Origin: an uncultured Bacilli bacterium
GTDB lineage: Bacteria > Bacillota_I > Bacilli_A > RF39 > UBA660
Length of the DNA: 64,000 nucleotides
Assembly: GCA_910584255.1 (NCBI GenBank)
Contig: CAJTXV010000001.1
Coordinates: forward strand, 17,130 to 81,129
Direction of reading: 5' to 3'
This document shows, piece by piece, positions 18,501-24,667 of this stretch. Under the pieces are notes generated by a model, which was not told the DNA's origin, made no database searches, and was given only the letters and a program-made list of their open reading frames with translations. A program made the position numbers and the translations under genes. Positions within the stretch are counted from its first letter, which is position 1, and each line of letters opens with the position of its first letter.

Positions 18501-20950
18501 TGACTAGATTCCTTATCAGAAGTTCCTCCAGAAGCACCCCATAATTCAATTTCATAAAATCCTGAATATGGAACAATGTACTCAATAGGGCCTTTTGTTA
18601 ATCCTATGCCTTGCCCAACATCTCCGATATCAGATTTTTTCACAACATGAATTGTATAAACGGTATCATCTACTCCATCTAAATGGGAAGTAATTGTTAT
18701 TATACTCTCCTCTGCATCAATGTATTTATTTCCAGTAATTGTGACTACAGTTCCTTCAAAGTATGTTTCTGTTTCAAAATCAAGACTGAATATACTATCT
18801 AAAATCTCTATATTATACTCTAACTTTTCTGAAGTAAATCCAAATGGGATAGAAGTCTTAACTGATTTTAATAATGATGTTCTTTTTCTTGTAAAGTTAA
18901 AAGTATATAATTGATTTTCACTATTATCTTCACTCTTTGATAATAGCGTTAAAGTCTTTCCATTTTCATTAAATTCAAATTGTCCTTCTCCTGAAACTGT
19001 TTGTCCAGTAATATGTTTGATTGCTTCTAAATGAATATAGTTTACATTGGTAGGAAGTTCAATATTATATTCATAAGTATTTGGGCTGAATCCTTCATAA
19101 GGAATTCCATTGATTTTAACACCATCTAAGAATTTATAATTACTAATTTCACGACTTACATGAATAACATAAGTAACAACTTTTCCATCATAGTTTAGCA
19201 CGGTAATTGTATAAATATTTTCACCTTCTGGGACCGTAAAGGTTCCTGTTCCTGTGACATAAGACCATTCCTCTTCTGAAACAGCATCAATCGTAATTGT
19301 TTCATCTCTATGAGAGAGTTTTAAATTATATTCAAAAATATCAGAATCAAATGTTGGTGTATAAGAATTATTTGTTCCACTTACTGTTAAAGAACTAAGT
19401 CCAGTTGCTTCATGATCATAACGATAGGTAATTCTAGCATACCCATCCCCATCATGTCCTGCACCTTCATCATAAGTTCCACCTTCTGGTTTTGGCATTG
19501 AGGTTAAACTCCCTAATGCAGTCGTCCAATTGTATCCTTTTCCATCAATCATTACAGTATCAGTAAATATTTTTCCACTATAATGATAAGAATCTTCTAT
19601 TTGTGAATAAGTTGTAACTTTTGGTGTTCCATCTTCATTAATGGCAATCGCACCAGCATGCCCTGAGATGAAGGATGATCCACCTCCAGCACCTTGACCG
19701 AAACCACCGCCACCAGTGGCACCTCCAGCGCCGCCACCGTAGTAGCCACCGCCACCGCCTCCAGCTCCGCCTCCAGAAGAATGTGATTCATTGTTACCAC
19801 CTATTCCGAAAGTTCCAGGATTTACAGTACCATAAGCGCCACTATAAATGTTAGTTCCAGCAGATCCACCAGCAGTTTGGGTTCCTCCTTTTCCATTTTG
19901 ATTTGCATAACCATGTCCAGAGTAATATCCACCATCATAACCATTCAAACCTCCAGCATAGCTTCCACCACCAGCACTATTATAAAGACTATAACCAATT
20001 CCACCACCAGCACCAGCAACCATGATTCTAGACTTCAGGGATTCTAGATTATCCCAGTCGCCACCAACTAAACGGACATCTGTAGCTCCTCCTCCAGAAG
20101 CACCAGCAGGGTAACCACCTGCTCCACCACCATTGAATTTGCTTTCTCTATCTGCTGGTTTTCCTTGTTCTCCAACATAAAAATAAAGTCTTTCCCCCGC
20201 TGTTAAATAAATTTTTCCTTTTGTATAGCTTCCCTTTCCGTGATGAGTGTATTGGGGGGCATCCTCATAGACTCCTCCTGAAGCTCCCCATAATTCTATA
20301 TCATAATATCCTGTTTCAGGTATTATATATTCATTTGCTTGTGCTTCCGTAAAATCTCTAACTAATGTTTTTCTATTAATCGTAAAAGTGTAAATTCTTT
20401 CATACCCAGTCACTGAACTAGTTACTTTAATCCTAATTTCATTTTTTCCAGGATGTAAATTTAAAATATCAAGAACTTCATAGATAGTATCAGCAGAATT
20501 AGTTACTATAGGTGTTACTTTATCTATTTCATATTTTACTTCTAAATCATAGGTATCTACTTTTGGGTCAAACGAAAAGTCAACTTCAGCAAAAGATACA
20601 TCATCTAAACAAGGAAGATTTCTTTTGATATTTAGCGTATATAAAGATAAATTTCCATAGTGATCAATTACAGAAATATAATGTGCTGTATTCACATCTA
20701 ATTCTTGATTTCCTGTACCAAAAATATAGTAATTATCTAAAGAGGTTGTATAAGTAATTTCAGAATTTACATGTTCTGTATCTAAATATAAATCATACTC
20801 ATATTTATTTTCTTCTAAGGAATTCATCATCCCATTTTTTATAGTGATTGAATCTAAGGCATGAGAAAGAGCTTCTACCTTATTTGTAGAAAAGAAACAG
20901 ATAGCAATTAAAAATATGGATATTAAAGTAATTTTTCCTAATCTCTTCAT
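12584..20950 (-). CDS. Giant secreted surface protein (2788 aa): signal peptide, two tandem glycine-rich domains (ALK/LTK-type Gly_rich-like), about 17 cadherin-like beta-sandwich repeats, C-terminal type I dockerin
   Basis: Single uninterrupted ORF. Signal peptide MKRLGKITLISIFLIAICFF...VEA. Two modules of about 300 aa with YDIELWGASGG, GGGATDVRLV, RIMVAGAGGG and long poly-Gly runs (GGGGGGYYGGGAGG). Repeated ~85-aa units LSSLxVxxGxLxPxFxxxxxxYxxxV...ATV...GxNxIxIxVTAxDGxxKxYTIxIxR. The C-terminus DLNGDGLVTAADNIQAKNYVLG...DINQDGLVTAPDVIRIKNYILG matches the duplicated dockerin calcium-binding segment. Confidence 0.85.
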   Translation of the reverse strand: MKRLGKITLISIFLIAICFFSTNKVEALSHALDSITIKNGMMNSLEENKYEYDLYLDTEHVNSEITYTTSLDNYYIFGTGNQELDVNTAHYISVIDHYGNLSLYTLNIKRNLPCLDDVSFAEVDFSFDPKVDTYDLEVKYEIDKVTPIVTNSADTIYEVLDILNLHPGKNEIRIKVTSSVTGYERIYTFTINRKTLVRDFTEAQANEYIIPETGYYDIELWGASGGVYEDAPQYTHHGKGSYTKGKIYLTAGERLYFYVGEQGKPADRESKFNGGGAGGYPAGASGGGATDVRLVGGDWDNLESLKSRIMVAGAGGGIGYSLYNSAGGGSYAGGLNGYDGGYYSGHGYANQNGKGGTQTAGGSAGTNIYSGAYGTVNPGTFGIGGNNESHSSGGGAGGGGGGYYGGGAGGATGGGGFGQGAGGGSSFISGHAGAIAINEDGTPKVTTYSQIEDSYHYSGKIFTDTVMIDGKGYNWTTALGSLTSMPKPEGGTYDEGAGHDGDGYARITYRYDHEATGLSSLTVSGTNNSYTPTFDSDIFEYNLKLSHRDETITIDAVSEEEWSYVTGTGTFTVPEGENIYTITVLNYDGKVVTYVIHVSREISNYKFLDGVKINGIPYEGFSPNTYEYNIELPTNVNYIHLEAIKHITGQTVSGEGQFEFNENGKTLTLLSKSEDNSENQLYTFNFTRKRTSLLKSVKTSIPFGFTSEKLEYNIEILDSIFSLDFETETYFEGTVVTITGNKYIDAEESIITITSHLDGVDDTVYTIHVVKKSDIGDVGQGIGLTKGPIEYIVPYSGFYEIELWGASGGTSDKESSHLGKGGYTKGKIKLNLGEKLYFYIGEQGKEQSRESTFNGGGYGGNTRKAYGYGVFGASGGGATDVRLVKGDWNDLNSLKSRIMVAGAGGGVSVSNYNTAGEGSYAGGLNGYAGGYYSGHRYYNQNGKGGTQTVGGSAGTNIFSGAYGTVNPGTFGIGGNNDSFSDGIGAGGGGGGYYGGGAGGSTGGGGAGQGAGGGSSFISGHAGCNAITENGVASGQANHYSGKVFTETRMIDGRGYNWTTTIGNLTPMPDPEGGYYENGVGHSGDGYARIKLLSVLSNNNFLESITLDDGDVEIDYDPTVEEYILNLDETHTSLKIKAIAKDKDAKVVGGDETIKLPPGQTIHEIEVTATDDSVRVYKLIINRKGSSNPHPIDIKIENSYAYLCDSNASYCQYQFNETTTEYNIKLPFKTLSIGFEVTQRSEYQEVIYRKLKSDGSKEVVSDLSSVALEPGINSFEIEVISEDDSQNIVYTYNIDRDSTGNNLLKVLEITDPVVALDFKPYTYEYYVTIPKTVSEYTVNAVPKDPKAKVSIKGNTNLKAGMNDCIITVTAQNGDIRTYIIHAHHEVNVSTLLSNLEVLHNGSVLTLDPTFNSFINTYQINVGNEVSEVDVRVTLEDTSASVTNDGVHKLKSGVNIINVTVTAPDGDTNVYEIVINREKSSNTNILKLEVEEYPLDPTFDKDTLEYNIEIPREVTSVKVKVELEDTNATYIIRGNNNLNQSVGEITVTVVAENKEYKVYTIKVRKEVSDNNYLRSLKVSEGNLTPEFDKAKNEYSMEVGAQVSTINMEGIKEDAMATVSGNGIYSLVEGENKITITVTSESGLTNDYIITVNKAKTDEDITFKEIKNNRGSTVTKSENPSVTGYDYLINVQYEISDIILEGIPTSSSTRVTGNGYYPLTIGNNDITMRVTGEAGNYKDYVVRVIRDQSTNDDLSFLYVEEGGLSPHFQETTIFYDVKIPNNKTEVHIEGVPEDKDATVDIVGDTTGLEVGVPREIQVIVTAPKGNKKTYTLSITRQESTTENLGLLTLETNRGEISPIFNPDTLNYTLEVENNITDITVTAESLSDEVQVLGTGKYHLNVGKNGISVFVVGTDGVQRDYQIVVTRKKSSDATLSSLVVKSHMLSPTFNSNTLGYTLKTSKDYLDFTTIQPTEAEATYVVSGNQDFQTGENTVTIEVTAPDGTTKKTYTLTITKEGSKNNNLSSLDVEGYTLVPTFHKGITFYTVEVPNNINSVIIKAKTEDSNATIVGTGLKPIHAGENYFDIVVTSEAGTDKNYKILITKEASDNNYLASLYSNVGVWNQTFDKEINSYTIEVGAEDDNIEFTGTLEDSNATVLGLKNYDLNIGENTINITVTSESGLTNIYTITVNRSEVKSAYLTDLKIKGYDLDQTFNKEIFEYYVDVDYEVTELELSYEKEESNATVVVTGNENFEIGMNEVHIKVTSSDNSLEEEYILYVNRQMSSNNFLSSLSVDHGTLDPKFNPTTLEYNVEVEGEIEEIIVQATAEDSSATITSKIGNGNPYALKKGINRIPIKVRSMIGVTRTYYVNVNRKQSENNNLKELKLYFGLDERLYDIGFNKETLTYQVNLTTSEEYAKVEADSDDKNATVVGDGIILLKAGTNTINVTVTSELGVVKTYTITVENPISSNNYLSSLIPSGGTLNPSFDKETLEYTLELGRDVNSLGFKVKTESSKATVVGHETLGVTDGESTRNIVVTAEDGSIKTYVIHVKKESESEVRLERLEILGYPFTFEPDTFEYNIQVSKSKRKLLESEITAVPKDSNATVNLMGDVNLVDRSISTYIVEVIAKDGYTTQEYKINITRDSLEYTIRSDIYTIDRNETKDYVIGMDPKTKKTDFIGNFLNDRETLHIYGSDGVEITEEDKFIGSYMVIKLEIDGFVYDELVITVRGDLNGDGLVTAADNIQAKNYVLGKKQVDFLVTKIVDINQDGLVTAPDVIRIKNYILGKRGLNE
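17651..18583 (-). repeat. Internal gene duplication, copy 2 of the glycine-rich domain module within the giant surface-protein gene
   Basis: Protein segment about 790-1100 is nearly identical to segment about 200-520 (e.g. SLKSRIMVAGAGGG, GGSAGTNI(Y/F)SGAYGTVNPGTFGIGGNN). The spurious plus/minus ORFs at 17803-18042 and 19597-19800 translate to nearly the same peptide. Confidence 0.7.
19391..20353 (-). repeat. Internal gene duplication, copy 1 of the glycine-rich domain module
   Basis: See copy 2. Long near-identical nucleotide stretches (e.g. ccaccaccggcaccaatgcc / ccgccgcctccagctccgcc regions encoding GGGAGGG runs). Confidence 0.7.
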
Positions 20951-21007
20951 ACAACCACTTCCAAATATTTCAATCCTTTACAGAGGATGACTACCCTAAT
21001 TATATAT

Positions 21008-21037
21008 ATTATACCTTTTTCTTCATACATTTGACAA
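21008..21037 (-). promoter_or_regulatory. Putative sigma-70 promoter for the giant surface-protein gene
   Basis: Minus-strand TTGTCA-N18-TATAAT, about 55 nt upstream of the ATG at 20950. Confidence 0.35.
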
Positions 21038-21152
21038 GAGTAAAGCATCAAAATGTCAACCTTTACATTTACAAACTATTTACAGAAAAAAGATAGAATT
21101 TATTTTCTATCTTTAATTTTTATGTCTTCTTTTTATATTTTCTCAATCTTTA

Positions 21153-22202
21153 TTATTGACATGTATATCCTTGTGCTGTTAAAGCTTCTCGAATTTCTTT
21201 TACAGAACTATCATATTTGTACTCTGTCTCTATAGTTTCTTCTGTACCATCACTGTTGATTAATTTTTGTGTTTTAAATTCTTTTAAATCAAAATTGTTA
21301 CTTTCTTCAATTTCTAATTCGGCAATAGAACAACTGAACTCATACCCTGTTAAACTTGCAGCCGCAATGGTCTTACTTTCACAAGCTGTCTTTTTTACTG
21401 TATAAGTATCATCGATTGCTAGATACTGGATATTGGTAGAAATCTTCACACTTTTTAACTTGTCTTTCGCATGAGTAAAATTCCTAGTCATGATTGTAGT
21501 TGTATTGGCAACAGTAACAGGTGCAGAAACACATGTTACTGTTTCATATTGTTGTTCTTCTTGTTCTTTCTTTTCTTGTTCCTTTCTTGCTTCTTCCTCT
21601 TCTTTCTTCTGTTTTTCTTCTTCTTCTCTTAATTTACGATCAAATTCTTCAATTTTTTTCTTTCCTTCTTGCTCCTTAAAGTAATCATTAATGTTTGGCA
21701 AAAAGAATACAAACGCAAATAGAAAAATAAAGAAGATAATCAATGGAATTTTACTTTTTGTTTTTCTTTTTTCTTCCATTGGTGAATATCCTGTTGTTTC
21801 CTTTTTAGGCTCTTCTTCTACCTTCTTTGTACCAAAGGAAACTTTACTTGTTTCTTTTAATATCGGATTGACCCCTGCGACATTCGAAACATTAGAGGAT
21901 GACTGCGTAGTAGTTGCACTTGTTTGTAGTGCGACTGGCTCTCCCATTGGCGTTGTAGGTGTAGGAGATGTACTAGAAGTAGCCGTTTCCGGTGTTACTT
22001 TTTCCTTAACCTCATTTACTGGTTGTAATACTTCTACCTTTTCCTCTACTTTTGGAACTACTGTAGATTGTTCTATATTTTCAGAAACTATTGGGGTTGT
22101 TTCCTTTATTCTATTTTCTACTGCAGTTTCCTTAGTTTGTGTTTGATTTTCATTTTCATTTGGATTTTCATTCATATTTGTCATCCCCTTATTATTAATC
22201 AT
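21153..22202 (-). CDS. Single-pass membrane protein with N-terminal N/E/T/P-rich low-complexity region, charged coiled-coil stretch and Cys-containing C-terminal ~140-aa domain
   Basis: One TM helix (IPLIIFFIFLFAFVFFLP), an EEEKQKKEEEEARKEQEKKEQEE stretch and four Cys in the C-terminal domain. The true start is probably the third Met (MNENPNEN), which has an AAGGGG RBS. Confidence 0.5.
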   Translation of the reverse strand: MINNKGMTNMNENPNENENQTQTKETAVENRIKETTPIVSENIEQSTVVPKVEEKVEVLQPVNEVKEKVTPETATSSTSPTPTTPMGEPVALQTSATTTQSSSNVSNVAGVNPILKETSKVSFGTKKVEEEPKKETTGYSPMEEKRKTKSKIPLIIFFIFLFAFVFFLPNINDYFKEQEGKKKIEEFDRKLREEEEKQKKEEEEARKEQEKKEQEEQQYETVTCVSAPVTVANTTTIMTRNFTHAKDKLKSVKISTNIQYLAIDDTYTVKKTACESKTIAAASLTGYEFSCSIAELEIEESNNFDLKEFKTQKLINSDGTEETIETEYKYDSSVKEIREALTAQGYTCQ

Positions 22203-22380
22203 TATAACAAAAGAAAAGCACTTTTAAAAGTACTTTCTCAATTTTTAGTTATACTTTTGGGATTGGATGTAAAATCTTTTGATTGGTGAAGTTCTCTTTT
22301 TTTTGTTTTCTTTTTCCATATATTTAACCTTATTAATTCGTTAAAAATGTAACTCATTTCTTTAAATATTCGTTTGATTA

Positions 22381-24195
22381 TTAAGCATTTTTTCTAGCAT
22401 CAAATTTCTTTCTTTGATCCGTATTTAAAATTCTCTTACGAATACGAATAGATTGTGGTGTTACTTCTACCAATTCATCACTATTGATATAATCAAGTGC
22501 ATATTCTAATGTAATTGGGCGAGGTCTTTTTAAAACCACTGTTTTATCAGCACTCGCAGCACGCATATTAGTTAATTGCTTTCCTTTAACTACATTAACT
22601 GCTAAATCATTTTCACGATTACATTCTCCAATAATCATTCCTTCATATACATCGGTTGCAGGTTCAACAAACATAACTCCACGATCTTCTAATTGACCTA
22701 AAGCATAGGCTGTACTTTTCCCAGTGTCATTAGATACTAATACACCCAGTTTTCTTTCCCCTACTGTGATATTTTCATAAGGACGGTATTCTTTAAATGT
22801 ATGGTTGATAATTCCATATCCTTTGGTCATCGTCATAAAGTCAGTCATAAAACCAATTAAACCACGAGAAGGCACTGTATAATTTAGGCGCACTTGATTT
22901 TCAAAGTTAGTCATGCTCTCCATAATCGCACCACGAGTACCCAATTGTTCAATAACTGATCCTACTGATTCTTCAGGAACTTCGATTTGTAAGTCTTCGT
23001 AGGGTTCCATTTTAATTCCATTTTCTTCTTTAATGATAACTTTTGGTTTAGAAACTTCAAGTTCAAATCCTTCACGGCGCATATTTTCAATTAAAATCGA
23101 TAAATGAAGTTCTCCACGACCTGAAACTAGCCAACTTTCTCCATCACTTGGTTCTACTCTTAAACTAACATCCCTTTGAAGTTCTTTATTTAAACGGTCT
23201 TCAATCTGGCGTGCTGTTAAGAATTTTCCTTCTTTTCCAACAAATGGAGATGAATTTGTACCAAATGTCATTTGAAGTGTTGGTTCGTCAATATGTAGAA
23301 TTGGCAATGGATAATTTTCTCCCTGTGCACAAACCGTCTCTCCAACGGAAATATCACTAAGTCCTGCAATCGCTATAATATCTCCCGCTTCTGCTTCTTC
23401 AATTTCAATTCTTTTATATCCTAGGTAACCAAATAATTTTTGAATACGGAAAGATTTTGTTGTTCCATCTAAACGGATACAATTTACTGTTTGTCCTACT
23501 TTAATTTTACCATTTTGTACACGACCAATTCCAATTCTTCCAACAAATTCATTATAGTCCAAAAGTGCAGGTTGGAATTGTAGATGTTCTTCACTGGAAC
23601 CGCTTGGTGCAGGGATTTCATCAATAATTAAATCTAATAATTCACTAAATCCTGGTGTTTGCGTTTCTGGATTTGAATCTAGACTTGAAGTACCATTTAA
23701 AGCTGAAGCATATACGACTTTAAAATCTAATTGATCATCATCTGCTCCAAGTTCGATAAATAAATCTAGCACTTCATCTACTACTTGATTTACTCTAGCA
23801 CTTGGCTTATCTACTTTATTAATGACAACGACTGGCTTTATTCCTACTGCTAATGCCTTCTTTAATACGAAACGAGTTTGTGGCATAGTTCCCTCATAAG
23901 CATCCACTACTAAAAGGACACCATCTACCATGTTCATGATTCGTTCTACTTCTCCACCAAAATCCGCATGTCCTGGCGTATCCATAATATTAATCCTATA
24001 ATCTTTGTAATCAATTGCTGTTGTCTTCGCTAAAATTGTAATTCCACGTTCCTTTTCTAATTGATTAGAATCCATGGATAAGTCACTTACATTTTCATTT
24101 TCTCTAAATGTACCACTTGTCTTTAAAATCTCATCTACTAGTGTCGTTTTCCCATGATCGACATGGGCAATAATTGCAATATTTCTTTTTTTCAT
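22381..24195 (-). CDS. typA: Translational GTPase TypA/BipA
   Basis: [21 protein letters not shown] (G1), [14 protein letters not shown] (G3), NKVDK (G4). 604 aa. Confidence 0.9.
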   Translation of the reverse strand: MKKRNIAIIAHVDHGKTTLVDEILKTSGTFRENENVSDLSMDSNQLEKERGITILAKTTAIDYKDYRINIMDTPGHADFGGEVERIMNMVDGVLLVVDAYEGTMPQTRFVLKKALAVGIKPVVVINKVDKPSARVNQVVDEVLDLFIELGADDDQLDFKVVYASALNGTSSLDSNPETQTPGFSELLDLIIDEIPAPSGSSEEHLQFQPALLDYNEFVGRIGIGRVQNGKIKVGQTVNCIRLDGTTKSFRIQKLFGYLGYKRIEIEEAEAGDIIAIAGLSDISVGETVCAQGENYPLPILHIDEPTLQMTFGTNSSPFVGKEGKFLTARQIEDRLNKELQRDVSLRVEPSDGESWLVSGRGELHLSILIENMRREGFELEVSKPKVIIKEENGIKMEPYEDLQIEVPEESVGSVIEQLGTRGAIMESMTNFENQVRLNYTVPSRGLIGFMTDFMTMTKGYGIINHTFKEYRPYENITVGERKLGVLVSNDTGKSTAYALGQLEDRGVMFVEPATDVYEGMIIGECNRENDLAVNVVKGKQLTNMRAASADKTVVLKRPRPITLEYALDYINSDELVEVTPQSIRIRKRILNTDQRKKFDARKNA

Positions 24196-24296
24196 ATAAA
24201 ATTCACTTCCCTAAACGTATCTTGACGATTATATCATACTTTTTTTGAAAAGAAAATAGTTTTTTTGAATCCAAATAAAATAAAAAGAGAAATTTT

Positions 24297-24602
24297 TTAT
24301 GGTTTTCTCTTTTTATGTTTTTCTAGATAAGCTTCATATCCGCCAATTAAATCTATTACTTGATATCCTATTTCTTGTAAGTGACTACAAATTTTTCTAC
24401 TTTTTTCTCCATGACTACAATATATATAATAAGTTTCCTCTTTTTTCAAATAATTTTCGGGCATCATTACTAAATAGGTATATGGAATATTTATTGCATT
24501 TGGAAGGTGTCCTAGTAGATATTGATATTTATCTCGAATATCAATTACATGATCATTAAATGTAAATGAATCGATATCCTGAATATCTAAAGAATCATAC
24601 AT
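24297..24602 (-). CDS. Rhodanese-like single-domain sulfurtransferase
   Basis: 101 aa with the active-site loop CSHGEKS and the characteristic DIRDKYQYLLGHLPNAINIP fold. Confidence 0.7.
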   Translation of the reverse strand: MYDSLDIQDIDSFTFNDHVIDIRDKYQYLLGHLPNAINIPYTYLVMMPENYLKKEETYYIYCSHGEKSRKICSHLQEIGYQVIDLIGGYEAYLEKHKKRKP

Positions 24603-24667
24603 GATATCACCTAATATATTCTATGAAAAAGAAAAAAAAGTGATAACTAGTATTCACTTTTTTACTT

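Noticed and set aside
22215-22240. Hairpin AAAGCACTTTT-aaaa-GTACTTT between typA and the 349-aa gene as a regulatory element
   Set aside because: It is imperfect (one wobble), lies about 150 nt from the typA stop and only ~10 nt from the annotated 349-aa start (whose true start is probably further downstream). It is most simply a weak typA terminator and is not listed as a feature.
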